In this document: in pieces, positions 26,573 through 36,323 of the stretch
Layout: each line of letters begins with the position of its first letter
Numbering within the stretch: the stretch's first letter is position 1
Translations under genes and position numbers: made by a program
Assembly: GCA_963820835.1 (NCBI GenBank)
Contig: CAWGBP010000005.1
Location: forward strand, 6,257 to 70,256
Direction: 5' to 3'
DNA from: Pirellulales bacterium
GTDB lineage: Bacteria > Planctomycetota > Planctomycetia > Pirellulales > JADZDJ01
DNA: 64,000 nt
The notes under the pieces: model-generated
Seen by the model: the letters and a program-made list of their open reading frames with translations, nothing else
What the model was told of the DNA's origin: nothing
Database searches by the model: none

Positions 26573-27487
26573 TTATGTCTGCGAGAATGTGGCCCAAAGG
26601 GTGTAAATCATGATGGGCATGATGGCGCTATAGCAGGCCGACCAAGAAAGGACCAACCGGCGGAGGAAGCATTCGCGATCGCTCGGGCAAGCGTCCTCCG
26701 TCGGAGTACAGAGCTGCGAAAAACCCTGATACAACGACGCGGTTCCCCACAGGCCGGCGATAAACGGCAACAGTAAACCGAGGACGATGGCGAGATCGAG
26801 GTAGTATTCGGGCACATTGAAAATGACGACGCCCATGGCGACGGCCACGTAAATTGGCAGAATGCCAATGAGTGCAACGGCGGCGACGGCCTTGGCTTTA
26901 ACGGCGTGGAGCAAGACATCGACCATCGACAGACGAACCCCAGCCAGCAAGCCGTAGAAATACAGACTCGGCAGCGCCACACCGCTGGCCGCAATCAGGC
27001 CAAACGCATAGGCGGCGGTAAGTACGAAGGTGCGCCCGCTTAGCCACGGGGCGAATTTGCCTAGTGGCGAATTGATGGAACCGATTGAGACGAGTTGCGA
27101 CTGGGGCGCTTTGAGCCAGGTGGCAAACGGCGTAAGAGTAGGCCAGCGATCGGCGACGGTGAGGACCAGTGACATAGTAACGCCGTAAAGCACAAAGCCG
27201 ACAAGCGCAATGGTCAACAGACGTGGGAGCAGGCTAGCGTGCGCCTGGCGAGTCCGCAGCACGCGGTGTAAGCCGCTCAGGTTTTTAAGCAAGACCTCAA
27301 CGAGCCCGAAAATATTGAGCGTGCTGACCTGTATGGGCGGCGTACTTTCGAAATCAGTCAGATTGCTGGCAGAATCAACCTCCACGGCATCGGGACGCGA
27401 CTGATCAGAACAGACTTCAGAATAATTCTCACTTAAGTCTGCCATTTGCCGTTCTTTTCGGCGGTGAATGTGTTGCGCGGTATTCAT
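26573..27487 (-). CDS. Polytopic membrane protein (Yip1-like)
   Basis: Five or more hydrophobic helices with a soluble N-terminal region. No catalytic motif. Confidence 0.4.
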   Translation of the reverse strand: MNTAQHIHRRKERQMADLSENYSEVCSDQSRPDAVEVDSASNLTDFESTPPIQVSTLNIFGLVEVLLKNLSGLHRVLRTRQAHASLLPRLLTIALVGFVLYGVTMSLVLTVADRWPTLTPFATWLKAPQSQLVSIGSINSPLGKFAPWLSGRTFVLTAAYAFGLIAASGVALPSLYFYGLLAGVRLSMVDVLLHAVKAKAVAAVALIGILPIYVAVAMGVVIFNVPEYYLDLAIVLGLLLPFIAGLWGTASLYQGFSQLCTPTEDACPSDRECFLRRLVLSWSACYSAIMPIMIYTLWATFSQT

Positions 27488-27563
27488 ATCGAAGATCCCT
27501 TTGATTGAGTGAATTTATTTTTGAAGTGGATAGAAGGCGAATCGGCGACCAAACGCAAATCAA

Positions 27564-28157
27564 CTATTTGAATTGAAACAGGCTGAAGAAATAGAACAGT
27601 TCGGCGCCCAATACGGCGACAATTCCCAGCCACCAAAGCGGCGCGCTAGCGCGGTCTGGCTCGAGCCGCAGCATCACTCGGCGAAAGACATCCACCATGG
27701 ATACACCGACACCGGCAAACACAATCAGATTTATCAGTAACACGACGCCGGAATTGGGAATGGCTGCGGTAAAAAACCAGTTGATGGGAATCGACGCGAT
27801 CATCGCCAACCCACCCCAGCTAACGGTTACAAGTGCCCCCAGCAGCGTGCTGCTGGCCGAGAGTCGGGAGCCGGAGAGACTGTTGAGAATGTAAAGAGCC
27901 GGCAGCGGAATCGCCCAAGATAGACCGGCTGCTAGCGTGCAAATGAAGCCTTTGTAGACGATTGAACCCGGTCCACCCATGAGCCCCATGGTCATGCCGT
28001 AGGCGGTGGTCCCGAGAATGGCCGTGCCGGTCAACGCCAGCCACACGGGCCATCGATAGTTACTGCGGCCTTCGTTCCAGGCAGCGGCGAAAGTGACCGG
28101 GTCGCGCAGCGCGACTCCGACATGGTGGATCCCAACGCGTAAATCGTCTCGAATCAT
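27564..28157 (-). CDS. Polytopic membrane protein (Yip1/DUF1282-like)
   Basis: Four to five TM helices. Paralogous in architecture to the upstream gene. Confidence 0.4.
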   Translation of the reverse strand: MIRDDLRVGIHHVGVALRDPVTFAAAWNEGRSNYRWPVWLALTGTAILGTTAYGMTMGLMGGPGSIVYKGFICTLAAGLSWAIPLPALYILNSLSGSRLSASSTLLGALVTVSWGGLAMIASIPINWFFTAAIPNSGVVLLINLIVFAGVGVSMVDVFRRVMLRLEPDRASAPLWWLGIVAVLGAELFYFFSLFQFK

Positions 28158-28410
28158 GGTTACATCTCCCGAAAGGGTGAAAGTGCCTAAGGGAGAGACC
28201 GTTATTCGAATGAACGATTAACAGAGAATTTCCAAATTTCTTTTTTTATTCGGCGGCTGGCCGAAAGGCAGTCATCTGGCCGCGCCAAATGGGATCAGGC
28301 GATTTGCCGCCGTTTTGAAAGGTTTCTAAGCGATTTCCGAATATAATGGCCTCGCTTGGACATGATCGAATTCAATCCAGTTAGTACCCAAGCCCAAGGG
28401 AGTCAATAAA

Positions 28411-29163
28411 ATGGTCCGCTTTTTGAAATGCGTCTGGCAGCACGTGCCGAGACTAATCCTTGCGCTCGTTTTTGTGCAGCAAATCGGTGCTGTTGAGCTT
28501 CCGGCCAACGCGCAGTCGGAAAAGGCCGAACCGGCAAAATCTCCGGCAGCGCACAATTTTGATAAGTGGGAAAAAGAGATTGCTGCCTACGAAGCGGCCG
28601 ACCGCAAAGACCCGCCCCCTAAGGGCGCGATCCTATTTACCGGCGCTTCGACCATTCGCCGCTGGACCACGCTGGCGACCGATTTTCCCAACAACAAGGT
28701 GCTTAATCGCGGCTTCGGGGGGTCGGAAACCGTCGATTGCACTCATTTCGCCGACCGCATTATTTTGCCTTATGAACCCAAAATGATTTTCTTCCGCAGC
28801 GGCGGCAACGATATTCACAACGGCAAAGCGCCCGAGCAAGTTTTCGACGATTTCAAAGAGTTCGTCGCCAAAGTGCACGAGCGGCTGCCGCAAACCGAGA
28901 TCTATTACATTTCGCAAAATCCGACCGCGGCGCGCTGGAGCCAGAAAGATCAAGAGTTGGCGCTCAACAAAATGGTCGAAGATTACACCGCACAGACCCC
29001 ATGGGTGAAATACATCGATGTCGCGACAATGCCGCTCGATGAGAACGGCCAGCCGCGACTCGAGCTATTTGCCCCCGACAAGCTGCACTTTAATGCGGCC
29101 GGGTACAAGCTACTCGCGGAAAAAGTGCGGCCGTATTTGCCGAAAGAAAACGGCGACCGATGA
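28411..29163 (+). CDS. Secreted SGNH/GDSL-family hydrolase
   Basis: Signal peptide. ILFTGASTI (GDS-like block I), GFGGSET (block II), GGNDI (block III) and the DxxH region at the C-terminus. Confidence 0.6.
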   Translation: MVRFLKCVWQHVPRLILALVFVQQIGAVELPANAQSEKAEPAKSPAAHNFDKWEKEIAAYEAADRKDPPPKGAILFTGASTIRRWTTLATDFPNNKVLNRGFGGSETVDCTHFADRIILPYEPKMIFFRSGGNDIHNGKAPEQVFDDFKEFVAKVHERLPQTEIYYISQNPTAARWSQKDQELALNKMVEDYTAQTPWVKYIDVATMPLDENGQPRLELFAPDKLHFNAAGYKLLAEKVRPYLPKENGDR

Positions 29164-29194
29164 ACGGCCCCAACCGCGAGCTAAGCCGCAGGAA

Positions 29195-30832
29195 TTATTT
29201 GAATAGCGCGGCAAAATCGGGAACACTTCGCTCTTTTTCGACGGCTAACGTGCCGACGTCGGCTGGCGGCAAGATATGATTTTGCCCGTCGCCGGCCAAA
29301 GGCGCTTCCGCCCCCACGTCGAGTTTCGAGCCGCGCGCCAGGCCATTCACATCGATGGTGACAAATGGGAACGAACCGGCCGCGGCACCCACTGCTGGAC
29401 TCGATGGCGGAAGGCGAAACTCGCCATGCTCATCGGGCGCAAGCTGCGGATCGATGCTAATAAAACCTTCGGCAGGAATATCGCCGGCGCCTGCTTTGGT
29501 GCTCCACACGATGTTGCCTGTCCAAACGGCGTTCTTAATTGGGCCCCCCAGTGCCGCCGCCTGCGGGCCCCCCTCGATAATGTTGTCGGCCACAGTGATA
29601 TCGTCGGCGCCTAGGCCGCGGTTGCGACGGCGCATCGTAATGTTCGTTTTGTTGTTTACCAGCGTATTGAACGCCACGACTTCGCCTGTCGGCTCATCAT
29701 GAGCAGTGAGCTTGGCCGGCGGAATAACGCCATCGCCATTTCCAATGTGAATGGCCGGATTGCAGCGCTCGAAATAGTTGCTGTAAATCTTGTGGTCGTG
29801 GCCGAAAAAGCGAATTCCCTGGCTGCCGATGAAAAAGTTGGCGTACACCTGGCATCGATTGCCGTGGCGAATGGAAACTTCGGTCGAACCTTCGCCGAAG
29901 GTGTTGAATCGGTAGATGTTATCGCTCGATTTATTGCAAATGCAGCCCTCGTTCTCACCGGCGCACTTCACAAACAAGTTGTGCTCGGTAAGGCTGTAGG
30001 CCGAAGTCATGCTGCGGCCGCTCATGCCAATTTGAATGGCCGAACAATTGTTCGCCGGGGGCGATCTAAAATCGTGAAAATAGTTGTGGTGAATCCAAGT
30101 GTGCTGGGCCATTTCGCTGGTGCCCGGTCCCACGACCAAGAGCATTTCTCCCTCGGTGCGCTTGTTGCGAAATTCGTTGTGATCGATTTCGAAGTCGCTG
30201 CCGGCAACTTGCAAATATGGCGAGCGCCCCTTGGTCGCTAACTCGAACACGCAGCGGCTGATGCGACAATGGTCTGCCCCTTCGGGCACCTTCATAATTT
30301 CTGGTGAATGCGTGACTTTGAAACCGCGCACCACTACATAGCTTGCGCCGTCAGCGAAGGTAAAACTGCCGATGCCGTTGATCTCAGTTCCTCCGACCGT
30401 TTGCGCGGTAATGACGATCGGATGCTCGATCGTACCGCGATTCTTGATGACAATTGGCGCTGCTGATTTATACGTTCCATCGGCCAGCACGAGACAATCG
30501 CCGGGCTTGGCCGCGTCAATGGCTTTGGCTAAATCGGCCAGCGACGATGAGTTGATCGTCGTGCTGGGCGCTGGCAAACCATCGTTAGCAAACGTCGGCT
30601 GCGGAACTGAAGGTGGCGTCGCGCCATCCCCCGCAGTTTCTCCGCGGGCGATATTTAGCGCCGTTAGCGCGCACACAACGTCCATGAGCACGACGCAGAG
30701 CGCAACATGGCGCCTAAAGCAAAATGTCTGAGCGAACATAGGTATGGCCAGGCGGGTTGGCGGCCGGGTTGGCTTATTTAGCCCAATATCATAATCCCAG
30801 CCGCCAAGTAATGCACGCGTCGTTGTGCGCAC
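29195..30832 (-). CDS. Secreted right-handed parallel beta-helix protein (pectate-lyase-like fold)
   Basis: Signal/TM at the N-terminus. Repeated NxxxxN / GxxN beta-helix rungs (NNKTNITM, HNLFVKC, NNCSAIQIG). Confidence 0.6.
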   Translation of the reverse strand: MRTTTRALLGGWDYDIGLNKPTRPPTRLAIPMFAQTFCFRRHVALCVVLMDVVCALTALNIARGETAGDGATPPSVPQPTFANDGLPAPSTTINSSSLADLAKAIDAAKPGDCLVLADGTYKSAAPIVIKNRGTIEHPIVITAQTVGGTEINGIGSFTFADGASYVVVRGFKVTHSPEIMKVPEGADHCRISRCVFELATKGRSPYLQVAGSDFEIDHNEFRNKRTEGEMLLVVGPGTSEMAQHTWIHHNYFHDFRSPPANNCSAIQIGMSGRSMTSAYSLTEHNLFVKCAGENEGCICNKSSDNIYRFNTFGEGSTEVSIRHGNRCQVYANFFIGSQGIRFFGHDHKIYSNYFERCNPAIHIGNGDGVIPPAKLTAHDEPTGEVVAFNTLVNNKTNITMRRRNRGLGADDITVADNIIEGGPQAAALGGPIKNAVWTGNIVWSTKAGAGDIPAEGFISIDPQLAPDEHGEFRLPPSSPAVGAAAGSFPFVTIDVNGLARGSKLDVGAEAPLAGDGQNHILPPADVGTLAVEKERSVPDFAALFK

Positions 30833-30872
30833 CCGACTTCATATGCAGTCGAGGCGAACACATCCCTAACGA

Positions 30873-33128
30873 TTATCCAATCTTCGGACGTTGCTCGACC
30901 GATTGCATGACTTGCTTGGTGACGCGGTCGGCCAGGGCATCGACTTCCGCCAGCGCCGGGTCGGCGGTTTCGGTCTGGAACCCAGTCTTTTCTGCCACCA
31001 GCAAACTCAGCAGCGTGCCGAACAGGCCCGATGCCGGATCGCCGCCTGCGCCGGTTGCGCCATTTCCGCTTGCGCCGCCGGTCACAAACACACGCTGAGG
31101 CACGAGCGGCTGCGTGCTTTTGGACAACTGTTCGGCCAAGAGCGACAAAGCATACAGCTTCGGATCGCGGTAGGAGGCAATCCGCCGCATGAGCACCGCG
31201 GCTTCGGTGAACCCGACCTGGGCGATTTTTTGCGCTTCGCCGCGGCCGGCCAAATCGCGTTGTTTGGCATCGGCTTCGGCCAACACAACGGTTTGCTCGG
31301 CTTGCCGGCGCGAACGATTCAATTCTCCCTCCGATGTGACCACCACTTGCTCGGCCTGCTTCCGGGCGCGGGCCAAGTCGGCCTCGCCGTGACTTTCGGC
31401 AATTTGCACCTGCACCCGGGCGTTGGTCAGCTCAGTTTGCATGTTGGCCTGGGCTTGCGATTCGTTGAGAATTCGCAGCTTGTCGGCGGCCGCCCGCTGG
31501 CGTTCGTACGTTTCGATTTGCTCGAACGAGAGTTGACGTTGCCGCAGTTGTTCCAACAATGTTTCGATTTTGGAATCGCCTTGGCGCGGGTCGGGCTTGC
31601 CGATCAGCACGTCGACGCATTCGATATCGAATTCGCGGAATCGCTTTTTCAACGATTCGCGCGCTTCCAACTGAATTTCGTCGCGCTGATGCAACAGTTC
31701 GAGCATCGTTTTCTTATGGGCCACGTCGCGAAAGAAGGCCGACAGCATGGGATCGAGCGTTTGCGTAATCAGCCGTTTCACGTCGCCAAATCGCTGGATG
31801 ACGCTGGGCGCCCGTTGATAATCGATGTGCACCACCACCGACAGCGGCAACAGCGGTTCGTAGGCATCGCTGGTCAGCAAATCGATCGATTTCAAACTTT
31901 CATCGTACCGATGCGATTCGCTGCGGCCGGTGATCCAATGCAACACGAAGTTCGTGGTTGGCACCATAATAATGTTGCCGGCGAACGTGTTGAACGAATA
32001 CTTGCCCGGCCCCAACGGCCGTTCCCACACGCCTCGTTGTCCTTCGGCCACGCGTTCGCCATGCCGGAAGGCATCGCCCGACAGGTCTTGCCCCTTCTGG
32101 CCGTAATAACTGACGACCACGCCGACATAGCCAATGGGCACGACGGTTTTGGGAATCAATCCCACCGAGGCGAACCAGCGATTGATGAAATAGGTGCCGT
32201 CGGTCAGCGGCGTGTACTGCCGGCCGCGGCGGCCACCGGCATTCAAGAATTCTTCGGCATCTTGATAGTTGTTGTGGTAATGTTCGCCGGCCAGATCGGT
32301 TCCCACCGCGGGTGCGATGATTTCCCCCGGCGCGAGCGAGGGGCCGTCTTGCACGGTGACAATGCCGATGCTGTCGACCTCGATCGTTTGTTCGGGATCG
32401 ATCGGGTCGGGCGCCGATAGCGGCGCGCCGACCACGACCGGATCGAAGCCGCCGATCGACGACAATTCCTCGCGCCATTGGTCGGCCGCTTCAGCTTCCT
32501 GGCGGTCGAGCAATTGCCGCAGCGCATAAACTCGTGATTCGGTGATGACCACGAACATTGCCAAATTGATGGCGTATACGCCTTCACGCAAAATGGCGCG
32601 TTGCCGGCCGCGCTGGCCGATGTGCTGGTCCGGGGAGCCGTCGACACCCAGAAACTTACGGGCATCCTGAAAATTATTGCAGGACACAATGCGCCCCAGC
32701 GTTTGGCTGGAGGGAAGCGGCTCGCCGTCGCGGGCGTACACGTAGCCTATTTTCCCTTGGGCGATGGTCACGAGCCGCACTTTGTGAACTCGATACTGTC
32801 CGCGCCAATAGCCGAAGTGCATGCCGCCACGCAAAAGCTCCGCCTGATAACCTGCCTCGCCGCCGAGTGCGATGATGTGCCCTTCGGGCACGGAGCCTTC
32901 CGACGACCATAGCTTTTCGACAATGGCCGCATTGACATTAGGAACGTAGCGCAAGCAAAACCAACCAATCAACAGCACAACGAGCAGTCCCGCGATGAGG
33001 CCGATGAAAATGGGCCCCACGCTAGAAATCGCATCGGCGACATCATTGGCGATTAAAAGAACTGCGCCGTGCGGCAAAAACGGCACCGCGCTCAATAAAC
33101 CGTTCAAAACGAGAGTTGAAGTAAACAC
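30873..33128 (-). CDS. SPFH/band-7 flotillin-like protein, N-terminal TM anchor and long C-terminal flotillin coiled-coil
   Basis: SPFH core, then EA-rich flotillin repeats (AEQVVVTSEGELNRSRRQAEQTVVLAEADAKQRDLAGRGEAQKIAQ). Confidence 0.75.
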   Translation of the reverse strand: MFTSTLVLNGLLSAVPFLPHGAVLLIANDVADAISSVGPIFIGLIAGLLVVLLIGWFCLRYVPNVNAAIVEKLWSSEGSVPEGHIIALGGEAGYQAELLRGGMHFGYWRGQYRVHKVRLVTIAQGKIGYVYARDGEPLPSSQTLGRIVSCNNFQDARKFLGVDGSPDQHIGQRGRQRAILREGVYAINLAMFVVITESRVYALRQLLDRQEAEAADQWREELSSIGGFDPVVVGAPLSAPDPIDPEQTIEVDSIGIVTVQDGPSLAPGEIIAPAVGTDLAGEHYHNNYQDAEEFLNAGGRRGRQYTPLTDGTYFINRWFASVGLIPKTVVPIGYVGVVVSYYGQKGQDLSGDAFRHGERVAEGQRGVWERPLGPGKYSFNTFAGNIIMVPTTNFVLHWITGRSESHRYDESLKSIDLLTSDAYEPLLPLSVVVHIDYQRAPSVIQRFGDVKRLITQTLDPMLSAFFRDVAHKKTMLELLHQRDEIQLEARESLKKRFREFDIECVDVLIGKPDPRQGDSKIETLLEQLRQRQLSFEQIETYERQRAAADKLRILNESQAQANMQTELTNARVQVQIAESHGEADLARARKQAEQVVVTSEGELNRSRRQAEQTVVLAEADAKQRDLAGRGEAQKIAQVGFTEAAVLMRRIASYRDPKLYALSLLAEQLSKSTQPLVPQRVFVTGGASGNGATGAGGDPASGLFGTLLSLLVAEKTGFQTETADPALAEVDALADRVTKQVMQSVEQRPKIG

Positions 33129-33794
33129 GATGAAATCCTCCCCACGCGCAGGATGAGCCGTCGAGTTGGGCGAGCGAGTTGCGCAAGCGGACCGGCTGAA
33201 AAGACGATTGGAAGCTAGCCCGACGCTCGCGAAGTTACGCGGCAGTGTAACGAAAGCAAAGACTACTTGGAATCATCTGTTGCGCGATTGCGAAAAGTGA
33301 CGCGCCAGAGACTAGGCCGCGCTCGGCGAGAAGCACTGTGACGTACGAGAATTCATTGCCTCGTGGCCGCATGTGCGATCGAACTTTCGACGAGAGTGCC
33401 CTTTCAACTTTGGACCCGATAACGTATCGGATCCGGCCGACGAGGTTAGCTGACCGGCTAGGGCGTGAAAGTGCCCTGGCTCAGCTTTGGGCTGAGCCTG
33501 CGCCCCGGAACCCGGCCGATTTCACCGAAATTCGCTCGAAGCTTGCCGCAAGTATGTCGCCGCGGTTGTCGCTCGATTTCGGTGCTTTTTCGGCCGGTTT
33601 CAGTTGGTTCCCCCGCTCAAGCGTCTGGCGACGCTCAATTAGGCTACACGCCCCCCTATTATACCGATATTCCTGGCAGCCCTCTGGGCTGCCATTCCGA
33701 TTGTGCCGCAACTGCTTGTCGCCATTGATGATCAACTCCCGCGATTTTCTTTGCGCACGATTTTTGCTTTGCTGGAAGGAATTGAAGTATTTGC

Positions 33795-33852
33795 GTGAGA
33801 GGCAATGCTGATAAAAACCCCTCACCTCGACCCGGCCCTCTCCCGCAAGCGG
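33795..33852 (-). terminator. Putative intrinsic terminator downstream of vapC (hairpin ccctctcc-cgcaagc-ggagaggg then U-run on the minus strand)
   Basis: An 8-bp GC-rich stem seen directly. The minus-strand reading ends ...gaggggttttta. Confidence 0.4.
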
Positions 33853-33875
33853 AGAGGGGAGTCTGATCACGCACT

Positions 33876-34277
33876 TTAAGATTGCAACCAATCTTCGAGG
33901 CGCAGACTGGGAACGTTCTGGAAATTGCGCGTATTGTGCGTGACAAGCGTGAGGTTATGAACCAGTGCAACGGCGGCAATCATAAGATCAAGGCGACTGA
34001 CCGACAGCCCCTGCCGGAGCAACTGTCCGCGCATCCGACCGAACGCTTCCGAACATGGCCTGTCGTAATCGAGTACGGCCACGTCAGCTAGTAGATCGTT
34101 TTCAATGCGATCAAGTAGCGATTGCGGCGACGGGCGCTGATGTGCCCAGGTGTACAATTCGCCCAACGCAACGGTCGAAATGTATAATCCGCCTGAGTGT
34201 TGGATAAAGCGGTGCATCAATCCTGCGGGACGTTTGAGGTGGGCCGAGCAAATGTCGGTGTCCAGCAAGTGGCTCAT
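33876..34277 (-). CDS. vapC: VapC-family PIN-domain toxin
   Basis: MSHLLDTDICSAHL (first PIN Asp), further acidic residues and a C-terminal THNTRNF motif. Its start overlaps the upstream antitoxin by 4 nt. Confidence 0.8.
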   Translation of the reverse strand: MSHLLDTDICSAHLKRPAGLMHRFIQHSGGLYISTVALGELYTWAHQRPSPQSLLDRIENDLLADVAVLDYDRPCSEAFGRMRGQLLRQGLSVSRLDLMIAAVALVHNLTLVTHNTRNFQNVPSLRLEDWLQS

Positions 34278-34525
34278 TCCGCGATCTCCTGCCGGACATC
34301 GTGTTTGCGATCGCGGTAAATGTTCTCAAGAATTTGATCATCGGCAGCAGACCATTCCTTGGCCAACGCCCCGGCGCAGCGGCGCAAACCTTCTCCCCAC
34401 GCGGAACCCGCGGCAGACACTGGCTTGACGACCACTTCCACATGCTGGCCCGGTGGGACGCCGGGATCGTCGTTTAGTTCGATGATTTTGCCGTTCACCA
34501 CGCCGTGGAATGCTCGAATACGCAT
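34274..34525 (-). CDS. Small antitoxin (DUF104-like) paired with VapC
   Basis: 83 aa with a beta-rich N-terminus (MRIRAFHGVVNGKIIELNDD...HVEVVV). Positioned and coupled as a VapB-type partner. Confidence 0.5.
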   Translation of the reverse strand: MRIRAFHGVVNGKIIELNDDPGVPPGQHVEVVVKPVSAAGSAWGEGLRRCAGALAKEWSAADDQILENIYRDRKHDVRQEIAE

Positions 34526-34712
34526 GACATTCTTTCCATAGTTGCGTATGGATTAATAGAACTGCAACATTATTCTACTCCATGAAGCGGTCTGGAGTGA
34601 GTTGCTGATGGAAGTGGAATAGGACGATTGCAAAGTCCGGGGTCTGGAACATTTTTTGGCCATTTGACTTATCTATTTCAGACAAGCCATGCCCAAAAAC
34701 ATGTTCCTGACC

Positions 34713-36256
34713 CGAATGGCACTTAAATAAGCGCGAGTCGGTGGCAGAATTGATCTGGACAGAGACGGCCTTCTTGAGGATGTGAAGGAATGATCACAAA
34801 TCTTTCACGTTCCAGGCAAGGAGGCCGCCCATGTCCAGAAGTATTTCAGCGACGTCATTTTCTCGACGCGTGGAGAGGATTGTCAAACAATTGCAAGAGG
34901 ACGGAGATCTATCTTTTCAGCAGTGGCTTCCTGAACAGCTCGTCAACTCGCTTCTGGAGCAGTTGGGATGCACCTTTCGCGAGCGGATCTATCGACCCGC
35001 CGTGACGCTGTGGGTGTTCCTCTCGCAGGTGTTATCGGCCGATCACTCTTGCCGCGAGGCGGTCGCTCGGCTGCTGGCGTGGCGCACCAGCCAGGGGCAA
35101 TCGCCCTGCTCTCCGGAAACCGGCGCTTACTGTACGGCACGCCGTCAATTGCCGGAAGAGCTATTTGCCAAGTTAGTAAAGACCACGGGACATGCTTCGC
35201 ACGTTGACGCACGGCAACGATCCGGATGGCTGTGGAAAGGCCGCACGGTGAAAATCGTCGACGGCACCACCGTGACCATGCCTGATACGCCAGAGAATCA
35301 ACTGGCCTATCCGCAGCACAATGTGCAAAAGCCGGGTCTAGGCTTCCCAATCGCGCGATTGGTGGTGATCTTTTCACTGTCGGTTGGCTCCGTATTGGAG
35401 TTTGCCATGGGTCGCTATCAAGGCAAGCGAAGCGGCGAGAACCAATTGTTCCGCAGCCTCCTGGACGGGCTTGAATCGGACGACATCTTACTGGCCGATT
35501 GCCATTACGGTTCTTATTACGACCTCGCGATGCTTGCCCAGCGCGGCGTGGACCTGGTCACGCGGCAGCATCAAATGCGCAAAGCCGACTTTCGTTCCGG
35601 CCAGCGGCTGGGCCGGCGCGATCATCTGGTAAGCTGGCGGAAACCGACTCAATGCCCGTATTGGATGGATGAGCTTGCCTACGCCGCGTTGCCCGACCAA
35701 TTGGTCGTTCGGGAACTGCTGGTGCAGGTCAGCCAGCCAGGCTTTCGCGTCCGTAGCTATGTGCTGGTGACTACCTTGCTGGATCCGCAATGTTTCTCGG
35801 CGGCTGACCTAGCCGGCTTGTATCGTGCTCGCTGGCAGGCGGAACTCGATTTGCGCGCTGAAGACGGTGCTGCAAATGGACCATTTACGTTGTCAAACAC
35901 CGTCGATGGTCCGCAAAGAAATCGCCACGCACCTGTTAGCCTATAATTTGATCCGCCGCATCATGGCGGAAGCCGCCGCCTGCAGCGACCTGTTGCCTTG
36001 TACGATCAGCTTCAAAGGCGCGCTGCAGACACTCGGCGCGTTTCGGCATCTCGGTTTACTAAACGATCGTTATGATCTACGCCGGCACGCGATCCTGCTC
36101 GCCGCCATTGCCTCGCACAAAGTGGGCGACCGACCGGACCGCGTCGAACCACGCGCCGTCAAACGTCGGCGCTCCCAACACTTCCTCACGATCCCGCGGG
36201 CCGAAGCTCGAAGTCGTCTGCTCCAAACCGCTTAAGACCTATTCAAGTGCCATTCG
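34713..36256 (+). mobile_element. IS4-family insertion sequence (1544 bp) with ~20-bp imperfect terminal inverted repeats and 9-bp target-site duplication TTCCTGACC
   Basis: IRL cgaatggcacttaaataag (34713-) and IRR cttattcaagtgccattcg (-36256) match at 17 of 20 positions. Identical direct repeats ttcctgacc lie at 34704-34712 and 36257-36265. Confidence 0.75.
34831..36235 (+). pseudogene. IS4-family DDE transposase, interrupted by a 1-nt frameshift near 35857
   Basis: IVDGTTVTMPDTPEN, DxxY motifs, and C-terminal YRARWQAELDLRA | LKTVLQ...LLAYNLIRR in the next frame. That is the conserved YREK region of IS4 transposases. Confidence 0.75.
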
Positions 36257-36323
36257 TTCCTGACCCCTTCTCCGGCGACTTTGCACTCGTCCTGGGGAGT
36301 GGAAGTCGCGTGTGCAGCAGAAC

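Noticed and set aside
30891-32420. 509-aa plus-strand ORF
   Set aside because: Antisense to the flotillin gene. Low-complexity Gly/Arg/His-rich translation. Spurious.
33338-33811. 157-aa plus-strand ORF between the flotillin and vapC genes
   Set aside because: No RBS, odd Cys/Arg/Ser-rich composition and overlapping competing ORFs. More likely this is a promoter/terminator intergenic region. The hairpin at 33829-33852 is better explained as the vapC terminator.
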